Shown piece after piece: positions 14,738-22,236 of a DNA stretch of 24,000 nt (position 1 is its first letter; every line of letters starts with the position of its first letter). The DNA comes from an uncultured archaeon (GTDB lineage Archaea; Nanobdellota; Nanobdellia; Pacearchaeales; GW2011-AR1). The stretch covers positions 37,628 through 61,627 of the forward strand of contig CAWJRC010000004.1 of the NCBI GenBank assembly GCA_963845205.1, in the 5' to 3' direction. A program made the translations under genes and the position numbers. The notes under the pieces were generated by a model, which saw only the letters and a program-made list of their open reading frames with translations, made no database searches and had not been told where the DNA came from.

Positions 14738-15445
14738 ATGAAGAGGTGGAGAAAAGCCAGAAAAGCTGAGCCGCATTCAAAGATAGGCGCTTTGTTTAAT
14801 GAATTTATTCTAGGCGGGCAGGATGGGTTAGTAAATGTTCTTGGAATTATTCTTGGAGTATCGACAGCGTCTGCTAATATTCAACTTGCGATAGTTGCAG
14901 GACTTGCTGCTACATTTGCCGAAGGTTTCTCAATGGGAGCTGTTGCTTATACCTCCTCTAAAACAGAAGAAAGTTATTACCTAAGCCAGGAAGAAAAAGA
15001 AAAGAAGGAGATGAGAGAAGAACCAGACGAAGAAAGAAAAGAAATTTATGACATTTATCACAAAAAAGGATTCAGGGGAAAGCTTCTGAATGATATTGTA
15101 AGGCATATCACTTCTAACAATGATCTATGGCTTAATACAATGATGACAGATGAATTAAAACTAGAAAAGGATTGTATGAATCCAATAAAAAAAGCTTTAG
15201 TTGTCGGACTGGCTACAATAACCGGAAGCATAATCCCAATAATTCCTCTCTTCCTTTTTCCACTCCCTATGGCGATATATTGCTCTGTAATCATTTCTGC
15301 TATTGCATTATTTGTAACAGGAGCTCTTGAAGCTAAGATTAATGTCGGTAAATGGATAAAAAAAGGAATACAACTTATGCTAATCGGGATGGTTGCTGCA
15401 GTAATTGGTTTTGTTATAGGAAAATTACTTGGAGTTAGCGTATAA
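14738..15445 (+). CDS. VIT1/CCC1-family iron/manganese transporter
   Basis: 235 aa. FILGGQDGLVNVLGIILGV, a Glu-rich cytosolic segment (EEKEKKEMREEPDEERKE), and C-terminal TM helices fit the VIT family. Confidence 0.85.
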   Translation: MKRWRKARKAEPHSKIGALFNEFILGGQDGLVNVLGIILGVSTASANIQLAIVAGLAATFAEGFSMGAVAYTSSKTEESYYLSQEEKEKKEMREEPDEERKEIYDIYHKKGFRGKLLNDIVRHITSNNDLWLNTMMTDELKLEKDCMNPIKKALVVGLATITGSIIPIIPLFLFPLPMAIYCSVIISAIALFVTGALEAKINVGKWIKKGIQLMLIGMVAAVIGFVIGKLLGVSV

Positions 15446-15512
15446 AATTTTATAATTTACCAAGTAAGAATTAATATTCTTAGAACAATCTGAATATATC
15501 CCAATTCTTTCT

Positions 15513-15764
15513 TCATTTTATTTTCTCCTTCATCACTGATTTCCAGATTTTTATAAAAAGCAACGCTATCAAATACCCAATTATGAATGTAATAGATGTT
15601 ACTAAGATTATATTAAAAATCAGAGTTAAACCTGTTACATGAAAATATAAATTACCAGAATAACTAAAATTGAATATTCTGTCAGATATAATTTTTCCTA
15701 AGGAAGGATCTCCTCCTATTGAAGAAAGAACAGCCCATATTACATTAATAATTGCAAGATACAA
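15513..15764 (-). CDS. Hypothetical small membrane protein (83 aa, TTG start)
   Basis: The only ORF in a ~400-bp gap. It has 2-3 hydrophobic segments. The non-ATG start and AT-rich context lower confidence. Confidence 0.4.
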   Translation of the reverse strand: MYLAIINVIWAVLSSIGGDPSLGKIISDRIFNFSYSGNLYFHVTGLTLIFNIILVTSITFIIGYLIALLFIKIWKSVMKEKIK

Positions 15765-15849
15765 TCCGATTACAAAGGCAAAGATTTCAATTTCATAGGT
15801 TATTTAACTATTATTTATTTAAGAATTTATTGTTAAAAATTCAATAAAA

Positions 15850-16323
15850 TTATGGAGAAATGTTAAAGTCGCTTTCGCCGTCTAATTGATAATCATAGTT
15901 AGGTCCGTATGGCTTGTCGTACCATAACATCCTGTAATTTCCGTCCCCGCCATTAGGGCTATCCTTAAGATACTGCATCATATCTATACTTCTGCTTACA
16001 GTTTCCCATCCACTATTATTTGGTTCAGTAAACTCTCTTGAACATACAAGTCCTCCAGGACCATATATTACATATTCCATTTCTTCTCCTGCGAACCAAT
16101 TAGGATCATGTCCTACAAGAAGTATATTTTCATAATCTTTAAAATAATTTTTCATTCCGTTAAAAGATTCAGGATAATAAAGAAAGTTGTTTGCGTAAAA
16201 AGTTTCAGAATTGCACTCAAAGAAAATTCTGCCGGGGTCGTAAGCAGCATTAGTTGTTCCCATAGCACCTAAAGACAAAGCAGCAGCCAATCCTAAAGCG
16301 CCAACACTTTTTTTCATGTTCAT
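15850..16323 (-). CDS. Secreted hypothetical protein (157 aa)
   Basis: Signal peptide MNMKKSVGALGLAAALSLGAMGTTNA|AYD. The mature part is rich in aromatic residues, Asn and Gly and has 2 Cys. No family recognised. It lies 59 nt downstream of the ABC-2 permease on the same strand. Confidence 0.7.
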   Translation of the reverse strand: MNMKKSVGALGLAAALSLGAMGTTNAAYDPGRIFFECNSETFYANNFLYYPESFNGMKNYFKDYENILLVGHDPNWFAGEEMEYVIYGPGGLVCSREFTEPNNSGWETVSRSIDMMQYLKDSPNGGDGNYRMLWYDKPYGPNYDYQLDGESDFNISP

Positions 16324-16382
16324 AATAAAATATCGTAAAATATCATTTATAAGCTTTTATGTATAATAAAAGATATTTTGAA

Positions 16383-17129
16383 TTACACTTCAATCTTGGA
16401 GAATAAATAACTTCCAATAACAGTTATCAGTACAGCCAATATTGCCAGAACAGAAAAGTCAAGCAATAAATTCATCTGGCTTACTCCTGTAAGAGCTGTT
16501 CTTAATCCCTCTACTCCGTAATATAAGGGGTTTATTTTTATAACAACCTGAATCGCATTTGGAAGCGTGTCAATTGGAAATAATGCTCCTGACAAAAAGA
16601 AAATCGGCATTACCAGAAAGTTCATTATTAACTGAAATCCCTGCATATCTTCCAATCTTGAAGCAATTGCGGTTCCCAAAGCAGCAAAAAGCACTGCAAT
16701 CAAAAACATAAAAATTAATGCAAAAGGCACCATTAGGAAATTCTGCGGCCTGAATCCGATAAGAATAGCAACTAAGAAAACTATTATTCCCTGCAACGAT
16801 GCCACAGTAGCCCCGCCCAATGTTCTTCCAAGCATTATCCTGTATCTGGAAACAGGGGCGACTAATGTTTCTTTAAGGAATCCAAACTGCCTATCCCATA
16901 TAACCTGAATTCCCATAAACATAGAAGAGAAAAGTATTGTCATTCCGATAATCCCTGGAGCTAGGAATTGTATGTAATTTCCTCCTCCTGCCTTTTCAAA
17001 TATCGGGCCAAAACCAAATCCCAATGCAACTAAAAATAAAAGCGGCTGCGCCAATGAACCAATGACTCTTGCTTTTGATCTAGTGAATCTTTTGAGTTCC
17101 CTTAGCCACATGATATAAATTGTGCCCAT
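16383..17129 (-). CDS. ABC-2 type transporter permease
   Basis: 248 aa, 6 TM segments. WLRELKRFTRSKARVIGSL...QVIWDRQFGFLKETLVAPVSR is the ABC-2 (DrrB/NodJ-like) pattern. 1-nt overlap (TAATG) with the ATPase gene. Confidence 0.85.
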   Translation of the reverse strand: MGTIYIMWLRELKRFTRSKARVIGSLAQPLLFLVALGFGFGPIFEKAGGGNYIQFLAPGIIGMTILFSSMFMGIQVIWDRQFGFLKETLVAPVSRYRIMLGRTLGGATVASLQGIIVFLVAILIGFRPQNFLMVPFALIFMFLIAVLFAALGTAIASRLEDMQGFQLIMNFLVMPIFFLSGALFPIDTLPNAIQVVIKINPLYYGVEGLRTALTGVSQMNLLLDFSVLAILAVLITVIGSYLFSKIEV

Positions 17130-17935
17130 TATCTCCCCCTATGCATCATTCCTCGATGCATTCTCATTCTATCTTTTGGAGAACCAGTCTCTTCCCTTAA
17201 TTGATGCCCTGTCAGCTTGAGAAAGGCTTCTTCAAGAGAATCAGTTTTTGTATCTTTCTTTAACTTGTCGGAGGAACCGATTTCTATTATTTTCCCATGG
17301 TCTATTACCGCAATATTGTCTGCAACTTTTTCTGCCTCTTCCATGTAATGCGTCGTAAGAAAGACAGTCATTTTTTCTTTTTTATTCATTTCTTTAATGT
17401 ATGTCCAGAGAAAATTTCTTGTCTGAGGATCAAGCCCGAGCGAAGGTTCGTCAAGGAAAAGAATTTTTGGATGGTGGATCAACCCTCTTGCGATTTCAAG
17501 CCTTCTTCTCATACCCCCTGAAAAATTTTTCACCAGCTCATCTTTCCTATCCCACAATTCTACCAATTTTAATAATTCTTCAATTCTCCCTTTGCTTACC
17601 TTTGGTTTGATATTATAAAGCACGGCATGAAACTCCATGTTTTCATAAGCTGTTAACTCATCATCAACGCTCGGGTCCTGAAAAACAATTCCAAAAGAAT
17701 GCCTTACCTTATTCTGCTGGGAAGCAGGAGAGAAACCATTAACCTTTACATCCCCCGAAGTGGCATCAAGAAGAGTTGTGAGTATCTTTATTGTTGTTGT
17801 CTTTCCTGCCCCGTTCGGGCCAAGAAATGCAAAGATCTCTCCTTCTTTAACATTGAAAGAGATATTATCTACGGCTATAAAATCCCTGAACTTTTTCACC
17901 AGATTTTTTACTTCTATTATATTCCCCTTTTCCAC
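17129..17935 (-). CDS. ABC transporter ATP-binding protein (DrrA-like), truncated C-terminus
   Basis: GTG start. Walker A GPNGAGKTT, Q-loop FQDP, signature SGGMRRRLEIARGL, Walker B ILFLDEPSLGLD, H-loop TTHYMEEAE. Ends in a Met/His/Arg-rich tail, DRMRMHRGMMHRGR. Confidence 0.95.
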   Translation of the reverse strand: MEKGNIIEVKNLVKKFRDFIAVDNISFNVKEGEIFAFLGPNGAGKTTTIKILTTLLDATSGDVKVNGFSPASQQNKVRHSFGIVFQDPSVDDELTAYENMEFHAVLYNIKPKVSKGRIEELLKLVELWDRKDELVKNFSGGMRRRLEIARGLIHHPKILFLDEPSLGLDPQTRNFLWTYIKEMNKKEKMTVFLTTHYMEEAEKVADNIAVIDHGKIIEIGSSDKLKKDTKTDSLEEAFLKLTGHQLREETGSPKDRMRMHRGMMHRGR

Positions 17936-17957
17936 AATTTAAAAAAAAGTTTTAAGA

Positions 17958-17965
17958 TTTATAAA
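17958..17965. promoter_or_regulatory. Palindromic TATA box TTTATAAA in the 55-bp divergent spacer between the ABC operon and tRNA-Arg
   Basis: TTTATAAA is its own reverse complement. It lies 23-30 nt upstream of the ABC GTG (17935) and 26-33 nt upstream of tRNA-Arg base 1 (17991). Confidence 0.35.
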
Positions 17966-17990
17966 TCTAATCCCATTATATCTTTGGAAT

Positions 17991-18062
17991 GCTCCTATAG
18001 TTTAACGGATAGAATGCGGGTTTGCGGAACCTGTGACCGAGGTTCAATTCCTCGTGGGAGCG
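17991..18062 (+). tRNA. tRNA-Arg (anticodon GCG)
   Basis: Acceptor GCTCCTA/TGGGAGC. Anticodon stem CGGGT/ACCTG, loop TTGCGGA. T arm CGAGG-TTCAATT-CCTCG. Discriminator G. No intron and no CCA. Confidence 0.85.
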
Positions 18063-18105
18063 CTAAAGTTAATATTTAAAAACTTAAAAGTTTATTTTAT
18101 CATCA

Positions 18106-18276
18106 ATGGCATATAAAAAAGACAGAAATGCTGGAGCACTCTTTATTCCCGCAGGGCTTTTAATAGGAATCGGAATTGGTTTTTTAGCCTATAATATACC
18201 AGCAGGAACATTGATAGGGTTGGGATGCGGATTTCTTTTGTTTGCAATATTCAGTTTATTCAATAAAAAAAAATAA
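18106..18276 (+). CDS. Possible small two-TM membrane protein (56 aa, below the ORF-track cut-off)
   Basis: MAYKKDRNAGALFIPAGLLIGIGIGFLAYNIPAGTLIGLGCGFLLFAIFSLFNKKK. Two Gly-rich hydrophobic helices are flanked by Lys, which is protein-like. It fills the gap after tRNA-Arg. Confidence 0.45.
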   Translation: MAYKKDRNAGALFIPAGLLIGIGIGFLAYNIPAGTLIGLGCGFLLFAIFSLFNKKK

Positions 18277-18315
18277 TTTGAAAAAGTTTATAATATTGAT
18301 TATTTCTCTCTCCTG

Positions 18316-18732
18316 ATGGCCGGGAATTTAGAAAATAAGCTGAAAGAAAAGAATGGATTAAAAAGATTTTTAAGAAAAACCCTGATAACAGGTTTTGCTT
18401 ACATAACATTACTTTCATCTGCTTCTTCTCTCAAGTATATAGAAAGGCAGATAGAACTTCCATATATTTTAAATGGCAAGAGAGGTAATCTATATTACCC
18501 CCTACCTCATGAAAAAAGTTATTCTTCCGCTTCTTTACCCCTCGGGATAGTCGAACATAATTTAAATGAGCTGCATACAAAAAATAAAAAATACAAAGTT
18601 AACATATATAATGATTGTTTTCGTGGAATATCCCGGGAAAAAGTATTCATAATATTTATCATAATCAATAGTCCATCTGACAACTTCTTTTTTTGGCTTG
18701 TTTTCCATAATTTTCCTGAACAATCTTATTGA
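18316..18732 (+). CDS. Hypothetical protein with N-terminal signal-anchor (138 aa); the 3' end overlaps the convergent gene
   Basis: The first ~82 codons lie in otherwise non-coding DNA, and an open frame of this length is unusual in AT-rich sequence. TM-like TLITGFAYITLLSSASSL. The last 171 nt overlap the phosphatase gene on the other strand and translate to low-quality sequence. Confidence 0.4.
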   Translation: MAGNLENKLKEKNGLKRFLRKTLITGFAYITLLSSASSLKYIERQIELPYILNGKRGNLYYPLPHEKSYSSASLPLGIVEHNLNELHTKNKKYKVNIYNDCFRGISREKVFIIFIIINSPSDNFFFWLVFHNFPEQSY

Positions 18733-19206
18733 GTTCCCTGATGCAGAAATTGCAACATTTACTTTCTCTTTTCTGACAATTTTCTTTAGATCTTTTATGA
18801 AACTTTTTACTCTCTTTTCCACATCTGCAAAAGATTCGCCGTGCGGAGGCCTGATGTCATATCCTCTGTGGATTAAATTATATTTTTCTTCTCCAAATTT
18901 TTTTATAAATTCTTTGTGAGAAGTTCCGTCAAGATCTCCGTAATCTTTCTCTATCATTCTTTTGTCGCTGATTATTTTTCTGCATTCCGGATGATATTTC
19001 AAAACTTCCTTTAATGTCTGCTTAGATCTTCCGAGAGTATTATCAAAAGCTATGCCAATTCTTTTATCTTTAAGCTCGCGAGCTACTTTGCGCGCCTGTT
19101 TTATTCCAAGAGGAGTAAGTTTTGATTCTTTCCATCCGGTAAATATGCCTTTCCTGTTAAAATAAGTCTGTCCGTGCCTGAACACGTAAATGTGATGCTT
19201 TTCCAT
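18562..19206 (-). CDS. Histidine phosphatase superfamily protein (phosphoglycerate-mutase-like)
   Basis: 214 aa. IYVFRHGQTYFNRKGIFTGW (RHG), TLGRSKQT (Arg), IEKDYGDLDG (Glu), PPHGESFADVEKR. The second catalytic His position reads AISASGNSIRL instead of HGNS. Confidence 0.85.
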   Translation of the reverse strand: MEKHHIYVFRHGQTYFNRKGIFTGWKESKLTPLGIKQARKVARELKDKRIGIAFDNTLGRSKQTLKEVLKYHPECRKIISDKRMIEKDYGDLDGTSHKEFIKKFGEEKYNLIHRGYDIRPPHGESFADVEKRVKSFIKDLKKIVRKEKVNVAISASGNSIRLFRKIMENKPKKEVVRWTIDYDKYYEYFFPGYSTKTIIIYVNFVFFIFCMQLI

Positions 19207-19294
19207 TTGACCTCTTTCATAAAGTAATTAATTATCATGATTTATATTTTTTGTTCTATAAATCTTTATAAGGCAATTTTCTATTCGTATTCTA

Positions 19295-19633
19295 ATGGCT
19301 GATAAACTCGAGAAATTAGTATTTTCTTTAGACGAAAAATGGAAAAGGTTTGCCGATGAAAGCCCGTGGGCTGCCTGCATTTTAGAAACTGCAAAGAATT
19401 CTGAGGGTCAGGAATTTATCAGAAAAAGAGGGACTAATGTTGCTTACAAAAAAGTTGGCAGAGATTACAGATGTGTTCAATGTGACTCCGAAATAATGGG
19501 AGGAACAGTTGCTCATTCAATATGGAATTTTCCATTGTCAGGTTCTGGCGAATGCCATTATGAAACTGTTCCATACTGTCCAAAATGTGAGGAGAAACCT
19601 AATTTCAGTGGAGAACCGATCTGTTGCTATTAA
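19295..19633 (+). CDS. Hypothetical Cys-rich (zinc-ribbon-like) protein, 112 aa
   Basis: CVQC (60-63) ... CH ... CPKC (95-98), plus a terminal CC. Good coding-like composition. No family recognised. Confidence 0.65.
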   Translation: MADKLEKLVFSLDEKWKRFADESPWAACILETAKNSEGQEFIRKRGTNVAYKKVGRDYRCVQCDSEIMGGTVAHSIWNFPLSGSGECHYETVPYCPKCEEKPNFSGEPICCY

Positions 19634-19639
19634 AAATTT

Positions 19640-19945
19640 TTAACTTAATCCGCTAGAATCACTGACATTAGCGTCATATGTTACTGCTGCGTCATTTGTT
19701 TCTGAAGTTGCAGCATTAGAAGACAATGCGCTAAGAGTATCAGAAGTAGATGCTGTTCCTGCATTTGATGTTCCGTTAGATCCTGAGGCTCCTGTATTAT
19801 TTGGCGCCGGTATCATCGGATTTCCTGTTGTTCCTGTATTTGTTCCGGCAGGGCTTGTCTGCTGCCATGACAGCATTAAGAATATTATAACTCCAAGAAG
19901 AACTACGATAGCTGCAATTATTGCGATTAAAATTCCTTTTTTCAT
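19640..19945 (-). CDS. Membrane-anchored or pilin-like low-complexity surface protein (101 aa)
   Basis: The N-terminus MKKG|ILIAIIAAIVVLLGVIIFL fits a signal-anchor or a class III (type IV pilin-like) signal. The remainder is a T/S/N/G/A-rich tract. ATGA overlap with the upstream gene (19942-19945). Confidence 0.65.
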   Translation of the reverse strand: MKKGILIAIIAAIVVLLGVIIFLMLSWQQTSPAGTNTGTTGNPMIPAPNNTGASGSNGTSNAGTASTSDTLSALSSNAATSETNDAAVTYDANVSDSSGLS

Positions 19946-20973
19946 TGGGCGGTTGTATTCGTAGCTGTATTATTTAAATTAGGATTTGGTTTTGCACTTA
20001 GAATTGATCTTATAAGATTATAAGCTACGTTTATATCATTCCATAACTGCGTGTTTTGAGCGCTTGTATATGCATTTGTTCCGACCTGAGCAAGCACACT
20101 GCTTGCGTCAGTTACGTCTGCCTGCAGCTGGGTTACTTGAGCCTCTTTGTCCTGCGAGATATTATTAGAATTTGAATTTATTTTATCAACTGCTATCTGC
20201 AATTTTGCGACTTCAAATTTGGCAGCAAGATGGAAGTTTATCCCGTTAGCGCATCCATCGAAAAGGCAATATCCGCTAATAACCTGCTTTAGCGAAGCAG
20301 AATCATTTGCAGAATTAGTTGCGTTCTGGAATGGCGTGATAAGCTGCGTTGTTGCAGCTGAAATTACCTGATTTAATGAAGAGACATCGATTCCTTTTGC
20401 TGAAAGGCTGTTTATCTGGTTCTGATAAGAACTAAGTTCATTTTCAAAAGAGGCTACTCTTGCATTTGCGAGAGCGACTAATGAACTCATGTAACAGGTA
20501 TCATAACTTGTCTTTAGCTGATTATACTGTGAAAGCAAGTTTGATCTTTGACTCGGAGTAAGACCCCGGACATTTGCAGTTCTCCAGTTTGATATAGAAC
20601 TTTTTATCATTGAATGATCTGATTCAAAATTATTCTGAACATATTGCCTTAAAGAATTCCTGTCGCCTGAATTGGCATAAGTTTGTATCTGACCTAAATC
20701 GCCCTGCAATTTTGCCAAAGAAAAGTTTAGTGAATTGGAATAGTTGGATGAACCAGAGGAGTATGGGCCGGGATAGCTTGATAAATTCGAAGGGGTAAAT
20801 GAATTCATTGAGCCTATAACCCCCGAATAAAAATCAGTTGCGCATTTAACGCTGCTGTAAAACTGCTGAAGTTCGGCTGTATCGTTTACATTTGCTGAAT
20901 TACTCTGAGCAACAGCCAGTGTTATCAAAAACATGCCAAGAAAAAATATCAATAGAAAATTTTTCATCCTCAT
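19942..20973 (-). CDS. Secreted N/S/Q/A-rich hypothetical surface protein (343 aa)
   Basis: Sec-type signal MRMKNFLLIFFLGMFLITLAVA|QS. About 9 N-x-S/T sequons, 4 Cys, and helical heptad-like stretches. G+C is locally higher than in neighbouring genes. Confidence 0.75.
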   Translation of the reverse strand: MRMKNFLLIFFLGMFLITLAVAQSNSANVNDTAELQQFYSSVKCATDFYSGVIGSMNSFTPSNLSSYPGPYSSGSSNYSNSLNFSLAKLQGDLGQIQTYANSGDRNSLRQYVQNNFESDHSMIKSSISNWRTANVRGLTPSQRSNLLSQYNQLKTSYDTCYMSSLVALANARVASFENELSSYQNQINSLSAKGIDVSSLNQVISAATTQLITPFQNATNSANDSASLKQVISGYCLFDGCANGINFHLAAKFEVAKLQIAVDKINSNSNNISQDKEAQVTQLQADVTDASSVLAQVGTNAYTSAQNTQLWNDINVAYNLIRSILSAKPNPNLNNTATNTTAQ

Positions 20974-21051
20974 TTTTATTAAACTAAAAGAGTCTGATGA
21001 TATTTATAAATTTTCCCCAAGATTTAATAATATACATTGATTATTTTTTTT

Positions 21052-22236
21052 ATGGAAAAGAGGGTGCTAGGTGTAAACAGAGATATCTTTCTTTTAGGTG
21101 TTGTAAGTTTTTTTACTGATATCAGCTCTGAAGCAGTTTTTTCCATATTCTCTGTATTTTTTACTGTAATACTCGGCGCTTCTGTCGCGCTTTTAGGGAT
21201 AGTTGAAGGTCTGTCTGATTTTGCTTCATCTTCCCTCGATTATATTGCAGGATTACTTTCTGACATTTCAGGAAAAAGAAAAATTTATGCGGTAATGGGC
21301 TACGCATTTTCAACTGTAGCAAAAAGCATCCTTCTTTTTATGAGCGTATTCAGCGCAGCAGTATTCAGGGTCATTGAAAGATTTGGAAAATCATTCAGAG
21401 GACCTCCTCGCGACGCATGGATAGGCTCGCTAGCAAAAAAATCAGAAAGAGGATATTCATTCGGTTTTCATAATGCGATGGACAAGGCAGGAGCTGTTGT
21501 CGGTCCGCTGATGGCTTATTTTACTTTATTGCTGCTAGGACAGAGCATTAATACATTCAAAATTCTTTTTATAATAATATTAATTCCCGCTGCTCTTTCT
21601 GTCGTCATTCTTTTATTCATCAAGGACAAACCTTCAAAGCCAGTAAAAAGGGAACCTATGATTAAATCTTTCAAAGAGATGAAGGGGGAATTCAAGCATT
21701 ATTTAGGTGCAGCAGGAATCTTTTCACTTGCATATTTCAGCTTCAGTTTTCTTCTGCTAAAAGCATACACTGTAGGGTTTGCGATAAAAGATGTCGTGCT
21801 TCTTTATGTTCTGTTTAATCTTTCATGTGTGATAGTATCAACTCCTGTTGGAAAATTAGGAGATATAATCGGAAGGAAGAAAGTAATCACCCTTGAGTAC
21901 ATAATTTATTTTGTAATGTCTTTGGGATTTATTTTTGCTTCATCAAAGATCGCGATAATTTTCATGTTCATCTTATTTGGAATATTCTTTGCGATTGACG
22001 AAGCGCAGAGCAAGGCATACATAACAGACATGGAAAAGCCAAGAAGAGGGACAGCCATAGGAATTTACAATCTGTTTACAGGAATAATTTATCTTCCTGC
22101 ATCTGTAATCGCAGGAATATTGTGGGGAATAAATCCAAACTATTCATTTGAATTTGCTGCGGTTATATCTCTTATCGCGCTCATATTTTTTGTTGTCAGA
22201 AAAAAAGAAATGAAAGGAGGTGAAAAAAGAAGATGA
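21052..22236 (+). CDS. MFS transporter
   Basis: I prefer the ATG at 21052 over the TTG at 21037. About 12 TM segments. MFS motif-A-like loops GLLSDISGKRK (after TM2) and GKLGDIIGRKK (after TM8). Confidence 0.85.
   Translation: MEKRVLGVNRDIFLLGVVSFFTDISSEAVFSIFSVFFTVILGASVALLGIVEGLSDFASSSLDYIAGLLSDISGKRKIYAVMGYAFSTVAKSILLFMSVFSAAVFRVIERFGKSFRGPPRDAWIGSLAKKSERGYSFGFHNAMDKAGAVVGPLMAYFTLLLLGQSINTFKILFIIILIPAALSVVILLFIKDKPSKPVKREPMIKSFKEMKGEFKHYLGAAGIFSLAYFSFSFLLLKAYTVGFAIKDVVLLYVLFNLSCVIVSTPVGKLGDIIGRKKVITLEYIIYFVMSLGFIFASSKIAIIFMFILFGIFFAIDEAQSKAYITDMEKPRRGTAIGIYNLFTGIIYLPASVIAGILWGINPNYSFEFAAVISLIALIFFVVRKKEMKGGEKRR

Noticed and set aside
1682-18062. Weak D stems in all three tRNAs (mismatches or G:U pairs), suggesting pseudogenes
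   Set aside because: Acceptor, anticodon and T arms are intact in all three, and identity elements (for example G3:U70 in tRNA-Ala) are present. Relaxed D stems are plausible in an AT-rich reduced genome.
17297-18079. Plus-strand ORFs 17297-17521, 17401-17610, 17699-18079 and 17760-17942
   Set aside because: They are antisense to the ABC ATPase. The 17699-18079 ORF would also read straight through tRNA-Arg, which is implausible.
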